Below, piece by piece: positions 1 through 13,500 of a stretch of DNA of 64,000 nucleotides. The DNA comes from Takakia lepidozioides (taxonomy: Eukaryota; Plantae; Bryophyta): contig CM060732.1 of NCBI GenBank assembly GCA_030704615.1, positions 38,750,001 through 38,814,000 of the forward strand, written 5' to 3'. The position numbers and the translations under genes are program-made. Below the pieces are notes generated by a model. It was not told where the DNA came from and searched no databases. It saw only the letters and a list, made by a program, of their open reading frames with translations. Position 1 is the first letter of the stretch. Every line of letters begins with the position of its first letter.

Positions 1-2335
1 AACCAGACCTAGGTACCGGTATGATTTCACAATCTCAATTTCCTGTTGGTTGAAGATGAATCTACGATCAGCCTGGCCATTGAAGACCATGATCTTGGTC
101 TTGCTAAGATTGACCTGCATCCCATAGTCTTTGCAGAACTGTTCCAAAATTTTGAGATGGCATTGCAAAAAGACCGGGGATTGTGCCAAAAGGGCAACAT
201 GATCAGCATAGAGGAGATCTGATTGGGTTGGTCCCCCATCCCCCAACCCCATGGTTTTTTTATATGTAATTCTCCAAGGCGTCAATGTAGATCCCGAACA
301 GGGTAGGTGAAAGGGGGCAGCCCTATTTGACTCCAATGTTGCTGTGGATCTCGGCTGAGAATTCACCAGCGACGTTGACCATGCTAGTGACAATCTCATA
401 CATAGAAGAGAAGGCACAAAGGATGTCTAGAGGGACTTCCACTCTATGGAGCCATTGGAAGAGAAGGTCCCGAGGAGCTTTGTGAAAGTCCACGAAGCAA
501 ACATAGACCATTCTTTTGTCATAGCGTGCACTTTCCACCATAACTTGAAGAGTGAAGATGTGGTCAATAGTGGATCGGTTTCGACGGAAACCAGCCTATC
601 CCTCAGCACGAATGCGAGAGTACTCAGCCCAATCATCCAGTTCCATGGCCACTACTGCCCCAAACAGTTTAGCAAGTAATGGGGACACCATGATAGTACG
701 ATAGTTTGTCGGTGCGAGCCTGTCACCGCTCTTAAAAAGTGGGTGGATGATGCTCTTTGTCCACTTTGTTGGAAAGCCCCGTTGCACCACCTCATTGAAG
801 AGGTTAGCTATAAAAGGGGCTAAAGTAGGTGTAGCATGCTTGATGAATTCACTCTGAAGTCCTGAAATGTCCACCGCTCTGCCATTTTGCAGCTTCTTGA
901 TTGCCTTACTGACATTGGCTGAAGTAAAGAGAGAGAAGTGAAGGGGTTTAGAGGTTATAGGAGAAGGAATTTGGGTTGGGGAATGGTACAAAGACTGTGC
1001 ATACTCATGCCAGACATGAATGTCAGTGATTGGGAGGGGATCTCTATGAGGTTTAAGGAGGGACCAAAAAGATCGAGGATAAAATCTGATTTTAGCAAGG
1101 AAAGAAGATTGCAACTTGATAGTGTAGGCTTGCTTTTTGGATCTAATGAGGGACTTATAGTGCTTAAGAGCAAGATTAGTGGACTCTGGAGAAGAATTGG
1201 TATCAAGTAGTAATAATTTGATGCGACGTCTAGCAGTCTTGCATTCATCATCATAAAATGGTGCGTAACGACGAGTGGAGAAGGGTGAGGAGGTAGATCG
1301 AAGGGTGACGGGAAAGGATCGCAGGGCTGAGTCCCAAAGGGCTTGAGTAAGATGTGTAGCCTTGTCGTTAGGAGATGATAGATGTAGAATGGAAGGGAGG
1401 GTTGACGCTAGGTGTGTTTCATACTCGGCGTCGTGTAAGTGAGAGAAAGGGGTATTAAAGTGGATACGTGGGTGCAAGGGAAGAGACGTAGAGGGGATCC
1501 TCACGGGGAGGGAGATGGAAGGAAATGCAAAGGAAAGGCAAGAGTGATCAGAATCCGGGTACCTCGTGATGTAAAATGAGCTTATTCTATGATGCTTGTT
1601 GGGGCTCCCCAAGAGATAGTCAACCACGCTTTGGCCCTTGTACGTGTGGCAAGTGAACTGGCTGGAGGATTTGAAGTTAGTTGTTCCATTGTAAATGGAC
1701 AGCCCCTGAGTTTCACAAAACTTGAGTAGATGGTGACCGTAACTTGTGATTTCGCAAGGGGAATCTGCACTTTGTCTCTCCAATTCCGTATGCGAGCGTT
1801 GGATGAGTAGAGGATCTGTGTGGTCGAAGGTGGGGGCCTGTAATGATCCTATACGGGCGTTGAAATCTCCAACCAAGAAAATGTCCATTTGTGGGGTACG
1901 GAGACGAGTCATATCGTCTTCCAATGGAACATATGGTGAATCTGTTCGAATATGTAGGCCGCTGTGCGGAAATGCGGCCAGAGCAAAATAACATCCCGCT
2001 AGTAGGATGTTGTAGCCTTTGATGTGACACCAAATGCACCTTGCCAGTGGGTCTTTGTATGGGAAGGAGATAAGTGGGAGAAGCCAGTCAGCAAAGTAAC
2101 AAGCCACATCTCCAGATCCTTTGAGACCTGTACGTGGACGAATCACTGACTGAAAGCTATACCCGAGAATTAAAGGGGGGTCCTTTCCTTCATACGCATG
2201 AGTTTCCAAAAGAAAAAGAAGATCACACTTGGAAAGAATATCTAGAAGCCCTTGAGGGTGGCTCCACAACGAGCCATTACAGTTCCATGAGCTAATGTGT
2301 AGATGTGAGCGTGCATTGGTCTCATGGTGCCCCAA
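1..2335 (-). pseudogene. LINE ORF2 (AP endonuclease + reverse transcriptase), disrupted
   Basis: The 579-aa ORF 596..2335 continues past TAG stops at conserved Gln positions (EG*AGFR at 596-598; GVK*GCP at 323-325). There is a small deletion after FVDFHKA. Confidence 0.9.
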
Positions 2336-2338
2336 CCC

Positions 2339-2983
2339 CTATTTAGAGCTAGAGGAGCGACGTTCGTGCTTCCGGACAATTACCCTCCCATCTCGGTACA
2401 CGGCATAGTGCCCTTGAGCTCGAGCTTGCTTAACCTGCAAGAGTTGCGCCCGCATGGCGTCGTATTGCAAAGGGGTCAAGTCATCGTTGAGGTACATACC
2501 CTGACCTCTCAATTGAGGCCTCTGCCTGAGGACTCTATCCTGAGCACCCTTGTCCTTGAATCTAATGAAGAGGACTTTGTGCTCTGAAGATCCTGCACGC
2601 CAAGCCCTTTCAATGCCACTCACGCCCCGTGGGAGAGCAAGGTTTTGCTGAATAAGGCTGGTGGCAGCGTCAAGAGGGTCCCCCTTAGCAAGGCCCCCTA
2701 GCTTCCCAGTGACCCTGATGTTAAGGGCTTTGAAAGCCCGTTGCTGTTCCTCTCGCAAGGTAGCCGAGACTGTCTCCTCCAGAGAGTGAGGACTGTTGTT
2801 GGATGTGCTCCCCTTAACTATATTAGCCCAGGAGGAGGCCTCTGCCTTGTGAGCTTGGAGCTCCCAAGCCATTGTAGACGTCGCAGTTCTGTGTGTTTCC
2901 AACTCTTTGCTAAGGGATTCCACCTGCAGGTGGATGCTTGCTCTGAGGGGACCTGGGAGGCCCTTCTCTGTGAAGGTCTTCAC
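2339..2983 (-). pseudogene. LINE ORF1 (coiled-coil + RRM/CTD-like), 5' part frameshifted
   Basis: Heptad-like LQVESLSKELE segment, then NIRVTG...IERAWRAG...VLFIRF...GMYLNDDLT, typical of LINE ORF1 C-termini. No in-frame ATG lies at the start. Confidence 0.7.
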
Positions 2984-3319
2984 TTCGCCTTCAAGTTTTG
3001 AAAGACTCGTATGTGTGGATTTGTCATTGAGATAAAGACCCGCTCAAATTCAGATAAAGCATTGGCCGGGAATCCTTCAGTCCATGCTCATCGATATCGC
3101 GAATCATGCTGTCACTGGGTAACGGAGAGCTAGTAGTTCTAAATAAACCTGCATAGGTCTTGTAGAAGTAGATCGATCCTCTGTCTGTGGGTGATGGAGT
3201 TGCATGACCATTCAAGTGGCCTGAACGCTAACTCCCATTCATATAAATTTATAATATTGTTCCCAAAATAGTTGACTTGTGTATTTGTCCCCATGACTAT
3301 ATGAAATTTCTGATAGACA

Positions 3320-4830
3320 AATTCGCTCAGATATGACCGCCCCAGGCTGCTTTGAAAGAACACCAGCTGACGAGCAAAGACAATGTGGACAAGGAGAGTG
3401 GCCCACCTGAACTCGAGTCTCCATGATGTAGATTCTCCCGGAGGGCATCGTGATTTCTTGGTGGGAGTTGCACATGGCGCATGATTTGTATCTACATCCC
3501 TCTGGGAAAGCAGCCTACGAATGTGAGCTTCAGATCACCATCTGTCCAGACCCACATTGTAATTACAACTGTCCAATTGATGTTATCAGTATTTTGCATC
3601 GAGTGAAACAGTACGATGACATCTGGTTTCTTATAAATGGTGAGAAAAACACGAGACTATCTAGAGCTGCCCCCCAAGATGGAAGAAACATTTCCTCGTA
3701 ACATCCGAGAAAAAGACTGCCTTCACTTCCTCCTGATCTCCATGATTTGCATGTCAGGCCGGCACAGGTCTACCCAGACAGTCACAAGTTTAAGATTTAG
3801 TTGAGCTATTGCCACAACTGAGCACTAACCTGATAACCAGAGGCCTTATTGAAGGTTAATCAATTGTTTCGAGCTGTTCGTCACAGTATTAAAGCCAACT
3901 GTACATATAAGTTACACTCTAGTGAACATCCTTGCGGGAGCAGGTGGGCGATCAGGTAGTTTCGTGCCAGCAAGTCCCATCTTGGAGTGGAGAAAGCAGT
4001 ACCTAGTCGGGCATATTTTTTATCCTCCTGGAACTTTAGCGACTGCCACAGCTGCATGTCCATGATGATACAGATACTAGCTACGCGTGTAGGCATCCGG
4101 CCGAACGCCATGATAGTGAGCCCTGAAATAATGGCCAACTCATCACTGCGCTTTACGGCTGTTCAGCTCAGCATGGAACGAGAAGGCTGGTTCTCTATTC
4201 TGCACTTCCATGAAAAGGAATTTATGCCCCTGGAGTCAACATGCACCCTGGTTCCTGCCGGCAGCTCTGTCATCCATCATTTAAATTATATAATATAATG
4301 AATCGGCTCTCCTGCCAGTCACACCATAGATGTTTGATAGAATTAGCACAGAAACTGCAGGGCATCAGCTGACCCCCGATTGCACTTTGCGGCTAGCTCC
4401 ACTGTTGAAATCGAAGATCCAGTCCGTCATTGACATCTGGACCATGCTGGTCGAATAGTCATAGTCAGCAGTCCACCGAGCAGTCACAATCACAGATGCC
4501 AGTCAGTCACATTTTGAATCTCTAGCTAGTTGGATCTCCCGCACTTAGTAGCACCTGTATTTTCTTTGGGTGGCAGACGATACACAGTTAGTTTTTATGT
4601 ATGTTCATAGCGTGGTGTAGTTAAGCTTACAGATGCGTGAGCATCATTGATTCCATGGATTGCCTTGTAGATTGATAAGCCGCGTACTTCTTAGTGTTTC
4701 AATAGTGTTGGATAGCTTCTTCATAACTTATTGGCTACTCTGTAAACAGCTATGAGCAAGCAGTGAAATCAGTATTTCAATATCCACGATGCCATTAACT
4801 CTGTACAGGCACTAGTAAGCATGGCACGCC
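3320..4830 (-). pseudogene. 3' remnant of a PLS-PPR-E-DYW paralog (E motif, eroded DYW, 3' flank)
   Basis: 4230-4402 and 4783-4830 align by eye with the E-domain DNA at 9890-10105. 3987-4200 (minus) encodes FHAELN..RSDELAIISGL, a DYW remnant. 3320-3710 aligns with 9205-9545. Confidence 0.8.
4403..4782. mobile_element. Solo LTR with 5-bp target-site duplication TCCAC
   Basis: Ends TGTTGAAAT...ATTTCAATA are inverted, with the terminal CA mutated to TA. TCCAC occurs at 4398-4402 and 4783-4787, and PPR homology resumes exactly after the element. Confidence 0.85.
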
Positions 4831-4849
4831 TACCACCCGCAAAGTGATT

Positions 4850-5840
4850 GGGACAAACGCAAAGGATCACCTGTATCACGGTATCGAGGACATGCTGAGA
4901 TTCCCCGTCTTCGAGAAATTGACCGAATGTCAGAAGATATTGTCGCCTTTTTTGGAATTTGCTTACAATAACATGCCATGACAAGATCATCAATCGGGAT
5001 GAGTCCTTTACAAGGCATGCAGTACATGGTGCAGACATCCTTGTACTCCAGAAACTGGTTGTGCAGTGCTCATTCAGTGAAGGTAGAAGCTGCTTTGAAC
5101 AGGCATGACTGGAAATGGCTCTAGAGGGACTCCATGGCCAAAGCTCAGGAGCGAGGAAAACTGAAGATGCCGACGAGGATCTCTTCGTTCTGTGAGAGAT
5201 CAGGAAGAGACTATCAATATGAAAGTGTCCCCTCGCTATGTAGTACCTCTTTCAGTTTGTGAGCGATGTGGCTTACAAATCATTTGAAGTGCACCGAGTA
5301 TTTCATGTGCGCGGTCGTTGCTTATGAAGTACGTGAGCAGGGAAGACCACGTTATGAAAGATTTGCAGGACCCCTCAAGTTGTTGAAGAGGAACTTTTGA
5401 ACTGCCTGGAAGTTTGCCATGAGCAGTTGCGGACTATCTAGAAGCAGCAGGGAATACCTGGTGCAGTGGAAAGGAGACCCCAGTTGGGAATCTACCACTT
5501 TCATGAAAGCGATTCAGAGCTTCTCGAGGACACAGCTTCTTCTGAAGCTCTTGATCTGAAGCTGTGGAGGATGATGTTACAAACGACGGACCGTCTGATT
5601 ATAAAAGTGGTTGATCCAGCAAGTTAAGGCTACAACTGAGGAGCAACTGAGGTGTCGCAGCTGGTAGTTCCAGTGCAGTCGGTAGCTAACAATCAGGACG
5701 GCGGTCCGGACTTCATGTAAAATTCACTGCGGTTGGAAGCAGACTTGAGCCCGTTGGTATCTCTAATGTGATCATCTATTCACTGTGAAACTGTTGAATC
5801 CTATTCTTGTGAACTCTCTTGCGCCCAATATTGTTGTGAG
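4850..5840 (+). mobile_element. Highly eroded Ty3/Gypsy (chromovirus) integrase/chromodomain remnant plus probable 3' LTR fragment
   Basis: Fragments LEFAYNN..SSIGMSP (~4950-5010), RFAGPLKLL (~5360) and REYLVQWKG..SWE (~5450-5490). A purine-rich tract precedes TGTTAC at ~5576. Confidence 0.65.
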
Positions 5841-6515
5841 CTTTAGCAAGCGTTCAAAACACGGATTACACTCCGTGGGTCCGGGGTTTTCGCAGACGAA
5901 ATCGATGGAAACTCAAAGTTTATGTGGATGAAACCACTCACTGGACCCACTGGACAACAAGTTGTTGTAACCGCCCAACAACTTGTTATCCAAGGGGTGA
6001 CGACCAGGCAGTGCTCCACTTTTCCTGTGAAATGCGAAATTATGCTCACCAAATTCGGCCGACGGCTGAGAGCAAAACTTAAAACGCCCCGCCCAGCCTA
6101 TATGCTCTCAACCTTCCTGCACAACCCCAGCGTACTTTCTTTCGCTCTCTACCTCTCTCTCTCCACTGAGAAGAGAAGAGAGACAGTACTAGTAAAGTCA
6201 ACAGGATTTAAGTTTTAAAAGGCTAGCTCAGACTTCGTCTAGTACCTGTGCTTGAAGGTGACGTCCTTGACGCGCCATCTGCAAGCTTGTATTGTCAGAC
6301 GTTGTAACTATTTATACAGTACTTAGTAGACCTGTGATATATCCGGACTCGTGCAGTCTACTCTCTTAGAAAATCTTTTTGTAGTACCAGTCTCCCTTCC
6401 TGATAGATAGATCTAGATTCTAGATTCAAATTAAGCTTTCGCAGGCGAGCTTTTCTCGTGAACAACTAGTTTTGAAACAACAGATTTTTCTAATTGAGTA
6501 AATCAAACAGACAAA

Positions 6516-9071
<2,556 letters not shown>

Positions 9072-9549
9072 ATGAAAAGAAACTGAAGTTCCACTTTAGA
9101 GGTGTATTCCCCACTTTAGCATATATAGACTGGCTATCTGATGATGTCTTAGAGGAGGTTAGTTGAAGCGTGCATTTGTCCAATGAATGCATGAAAGTTG
9201 TGAGCACCGCTCAGACATGACCTGCGGATGTTCTCCATTCCTTTGAAACAACTGACGAGCAAACACAATGCAGACAGAGGAGCGTGGCCCCACCTCTCCA
9301 TGGAGATCTTCCCCAATGTGATTACTTGCTGGAACAGTGTTGCATTTGTCTGTTGCTTAATCTATTCCTTTTGGGAAAGCAGCCCAATGTGAGCTTCATC
9401 ACCATGTCCACATTCATCACCATTGCATTATCAGGTATTTCCCATGAGTAACACAGCAGGATGATGGATTGTCATAAATGGTGAGAAAAACAGAAGACAC
9501 TACCCTCCAAGATGGAGGAAACATCTCCTCATCATTGAAGAAAGATGGA

Positions 9550-9840
9550 CTCCAGGTGCGCTCCCACAAATAGAGGACTTCCATGCTCTGCTGAACAAAC
9601 ATTGGCTGGATGAAGTAGGCTGGGTAGGTGCCTAACATGTGCCGGAGGAGCAAAAGGAAGTTTCTCTTTGCCAGCACAGTGAAGAGTTGGCCATTATTTC
9701 TGGGCTCAATGGCATCATATTATCTATAACATCATGAACATGCAAGTGTGGCAGGCACTACAGTTCCAGCGGGATAAAAAATACACCCTACTGCTTTCAC
9801 CACTCCAAGATGTGGTTTGTTCTTCTGGACTAATGGTGAA
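9550..9840 (+). pseudogene. Degenerate DYW deaminase domain, inverted relative to the adjacent PPR gene
   Basis: The plus strand reads PQIEDFHALLN, MK*AG*VPN, EEQKEVSLCQHSEELAIISGL and CFHH, ending GAC TAA TGG TGA (D*W*) at 9828-9839. Confidence 0.85.
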
Positions 9841-9939
9841 ATCACCTTCCTCACAGTATTAAAGCATGAAGCTGTAAAAGTTGTCTCACCCTCAATTGAG
9901 CTGCACCCTGGTTCCCTGCCGACAGCTAGCCATGATTTA

Positions 9940-12051
9940 TCACAATGTTGAATCATCCTCCTGCCTGCCAGCCACACCATAGATGTTTGATAGAAGTACA
10001 GAAGGTGCAGGACGCTGAGAATTCCACTCGAGAATGCACTTTGCGGCATGTTCTGCTAGCTCCACATTGCCATGAATTCTGCAGGCACTAAGCATGGCCC
10101 GCCAAAGTAAATCATCTGGTTCCATTGGCATTTTGTTAATCAAATCCTCTGCCTCATCTAATCGTCCTGCACGTCCAAGAACGTCTACCATGCAGCCAAA
10201 ATGCTCCACTGTAGGTGTGAGGCCATACTCTTGAAGCATAGAATCAAAGACCTGACAGCCTTCATCCACGAGGCCCACATGGCTACAGGCAGCCAGAAGA
10301 GATAGGAAGGTGATACCGTTCGGTTTCAAGCCTTCCCGTTGCATTTGTTCAAACAGTTGCAGGGCCTCCTTACCACAGCCATGCTGGGCATATCCTGCAA
10401 TCATCGCACTCCATGAAATAACATCTCGTTGAGCCATACTGTTGAATACTTGATGTGCATCCTTCATGCTCCCACCTTTGGCATACATATCAACAAGGGA
10501 ATTCTCCAGATTGATATAGGATGCAATTCCAGCTTTGATGATATCAGCATGAACTTGCTTGCCAATTTCCAGGGCTCCTAGGCTTGCACATGCATTGAGA
10601 ACACCTATGAAGGTGACTCCATCTGCCGCCACCCCTTCCCTTTGCATTTCCTCATAGATTTTCAAAGCTTCTTTCCCACACCCATGTTGAGCATATCCAG
10701 CAATCATTGCACTCCATGAAACCACATTTCGTGTGGCCATTTTGTCGAACACATCATGGGCATCCTTCATGCTCCCGCACTTGGCATACATGTCGACAAC
10801 GGCAGTCTCCAAATTAACAAATGTGGGAATTCGAGCATTGATGATGTGCTTATGGAGTTTTTTGGCCTTCTCCACATCTCCTAGGCTTGCACACACATTG
10901 AGAATGCAAATGAAAGTGACCCTGTCGGGCATCACCCCCTCCTGTTGCATTTTCTCATAGATCTCGAAAGCCTCTCTATCCCAACCACACTGGGTATATC
11001 CTGTGATCACGACGTTCCACGAGACCACATCCCGTTTGGTCATATTATCGAACACTTGCCGAGCATCCTTCATGCTCCCACACTTGGCATACATGTTGAC
11101 AATGGAATTCTCCAAGTTAATGTATGATGCAATTCCAGCTTTGCTGATGTCAGCATGGACCTGCTTGCCCTTTTCCAGCTCTCTGAGGCTGGCACACGCA
11201 CTGAGAACAGAGATGAAAGTGACTCTATCAGGTCTCACAGATTCCCGTTGCATTTGCTCATAGAGCTTGAAAGCCTCCATACCATAACCGCGCCGTGCAT
11301 ATCCTCCCACCATGGCATTCCAAGAGACCACATCTCGTTTATGCATATTGTTGAATACTTGACATGCATCCTTCATGCTCCCGCATTTGGCATACATGTC
11401 GACAAGGGTATTCTCCAAATTAATATATGACACAATTCCAGCTTTAATGATGCCAGCATGAACCTCTTTGCCCTTCTCCAGGGCTCCTAGGCTGGCACAC
11501 GCATTGAGAGCACAAATGAATGTGACCCTGTCTAACATTACCCCTTTCTGTTGCATTTCCTCATAGATATTGAGAGAGTTGTTTGCATGCCCATGCTTCC
11601 CATATCCTGTCATCATTATTGTCCATGTAAACATATCTCGTTCAGGCATCTCAGTAAAAACTCGTCTTGCATCAACCATGCTCCCGCACTGGACATACAT
11701 TTTTATGAGGGTATTCAGTACAAAGATAGGCAGTTTGAATCCAGCTTGGATAACATGGGCATGCACCTGTTTTCCACCTGCTAAATTTTTTGCTTTGATG
11801 CACTCCTGCAAGAGACAAGAATACGTATTGGAGTCTACCCGAACACCTGGTTGGTTCAAAATGTGCAGCACCTCTTTCAGGCGCCTTACCTTACATAGTG
11901 TCATCACATCCCCACGAGCACCAGAAAAGTTCTTGTTCACTCCTCCTCTTGGTCCTCTTGCAGAGACAGTGGGATCAGTGGAGGTGCTACCCCAGCCACC
12001 AGTGTGATATCCAGCAACCACCTGATCTGATTCATCCCTGCCACCTTGCAT
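9940..12051 (-). CDS. PLS-class pentatricopeptide repeat protein, E-subclass (truncated in E2, no DYW), 703 aa
   Basis: Intronless ORF with about five P-L-S triplets (LVDMYAKCGS..DA, DVVSWNAMI, PDRVTFI..L.AC) and an E motif (HFGCMVDVLGRAG, WRAMLSACRIHGN). The PG-box remnant REPGCSSIE follows in another frame. Confidence 0.93.
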   Translation of the reverse strand: MQGGRDESDQVVAGYHTGGWGSTSTDPTVSARGPRGGVNKNFSGARGDVMTLCKVRRLKEVLHILNQPGVRVDSNTYSCLLQECIKAKNLAGGKQVHAHVIQAGFKLPIFVLNTLIKMYVQCGSMVDARRVFTEMPERDMFTWTIMMTGYGKHGHANNSLNIYEEMQQKGVMLDRVTFICALNACASLGALEKGKEVHAGIIKAGIVSYINLENTLVDMYAKCGSMKDACQVFNNMHKRDVVSWNAMVGGYARRGYGMEAFKLYEQMQRESVRPDRVTFISVLSACASLRELEKGKQVHADISKAGIASYINLENSIVNMYAKCGSMKDARQVFDNMTKRDVVSWNVVITGYTQCGWDREAFEIYEKMQQEGVMPDRVTFICILNVCASLGDVEKAKKLHKHIINARIPTFVNLETAVVDMYAKCGSMKDAHDVFDKMATRNVVSWSAMIAGYAQHGCGKEALKIYEEMQREGVAADGVTFIGVLNACASLGALEIGKQVHADIIKAGIASYINLENSLVDMYAKGGSMKDAHQVFNSMAQRDVISWSAMIAGYAQHGCGKEALQLFEQMQREGLKPNGITFLSLLAACSHVGLVDEGCQVFDSMLQEYGLTPTVEHFGCMVDVLGRAGRLDEAEDLINKMPMEPDDLLWRAMLSACRIHGNVELAEHAAKCILEWNSQRPAPSVLLSNIYGVAGRQEDDSTL

Positions 12052-13154
12052 GACTGAATCCTAAGACCTTCAAACTCAAACCCACATCCGTAATCTCAAA
12101 GGTCCAATTATTTCAAACATAGATCGCATTATGAGGACTGCCTTTTTAATACAAATTGACAGGGTTGCAGAATTATATTGTCTTCTGTATAGGAATGAAT
12201 TATTCAAATGCTGTGTACGTTATTAGGATCTTCGTAAAAGCAATACCTGTTGTCTTCTCAACCTGGATCTCCATGACGCACATCGACATTGGAACAATCA
12301 CAAATTTTGCTCAAACACAGTATCCAGCAACTGTCTCTGCACTCACACACAAGGGAGTTTCAACTGAATTTCAGTCCAAAGGATCTCCCTGGTGCGTTGT
12401 GGCTGAAATACATGATCTTGGATGTTTCTGGGAAACCCACAGGTTGACAGCTCTTCAAACAAGAGGCCACAACTTTGAACAAACCCACTTCACTGGGTTT
12501 TGGATTTATAACTGACTGATCCAACTATAAGAACTAGTACAGCAGGTGAAGATTCTAATCTCTGGTCATCACACTCCATTGTACAATAATAACACATAAC
12601 ACCACCTTCAGTAAGATTCAAGTAGGAAGAGTATCGATTTCCTCTTTATCATAATAACTAAAGTCTTTGTGTACTCATATAGATAGCTTCACCTCATTGA
12701 GCCTGTTGTCCAACTACTGCCAAGGATCCAACATGGACTCCTCCCAGGCTTCGCCTACAAGAAAATACCACCATAGATCGTTAGCAGCTCGTAGTTGCTT
12801 CCTGGTTGAGGATGGCTAGAGCAATCTTTCTCTCTCTTAGAGAATCTCTTGACGGTGCTTGTTGAGGGCCTGACACTTCTCTTGTATCCTACTTTCTTTT
12901 GCCCCATAAGCTCTATGATGTTTCCGCGTGGACGCTCAAAAAAAAAGAATCTTCTTTCTTTCTCTCTCTAACACAGTTACGACGGCAAACAACGTCTTAT
13001 GCGTACATTCTCTAACACAGTTACGAAATTAGACATTAAACTTCCCTGAACTTGTTGTTTCCAGATTGTGACATGGGTGAGGACCTTAAGGATGATCCGA
13101 AGGCCACTTACCCTCTGCACTAGACTGAGATTGTCAATGGGCGAAGTGTGGGCG

Positions 13155-13500
13155 GCCTGAAGACAATATCCATTTTCTGATACTATGTCCAGGGTATTCT
13201 CATCAGAGAGCGACCCTCTTCAGGACCCACAGAACGTGGTCCATGCAACTCTGTTCACTAACTTTCAAAATCTCGAGGCTTAATGCACTGGCCCTGTTGG
13301 AGTCTAATTGCTGGGCAGTTAACAGACAGCAGATTGATGCTTGTGTGATTTCTAGTAAAGCCCAGACGAATTGTTTAGAAGTCCCACTACTGGAGTGAGC
13401 CCCAAACAAAGGTAGTGTCTGTCCCCCATTGTTCAGTCCAAACTGGGCGCGGGAGCCACAAGGCTACGGCAAACAACGTCTTATGAGTACATTTTCTAAC
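13155..13500 (+). repeat. Dispersed ~350-bp repeat, second copy in ThrRS intron 6 (23713-24080)
   Basis: Collinear shared blocks: GCCTGAAGACA.TATCCATTT, GGTATTCTCA..AGAGAG.GACCCTCTTCAGGA, GTCTAATTGCTGGGCAG, CAAAGGTAGTGTCTGT and GGCTAC.GCAAACAAC.TCTTA.GAGTACATT. Confidence 0.85.

Larger units (their letters stand above)
1..3240 (-). mobile_element. Degenerate APE-type non-LTR retrotransposon (LINE; RTE-X/L1-like), ORF1 + ORF2, running off the left edge of the window
   Basis: ORF2 has APE motifs (ISSWNCNG, LLETH, LVGDFNARIG, SVVDYLL, SDH) followed by RT motifs (PTNYRTI, *AGFR, CFVDFHKA, GVK*GCPLSPTLF). An ORF1-like frame lies directly upstream. The 5' boundary is approximate. Confidence 0.9.

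Noticed and set aside
10733-12007. Antisense ORFs over the PPR genes (also over tubulin, the kinase and the transposases)
   Set aside because: Shadow frames of repetitive or biased coding sequence with no recognisable domains.
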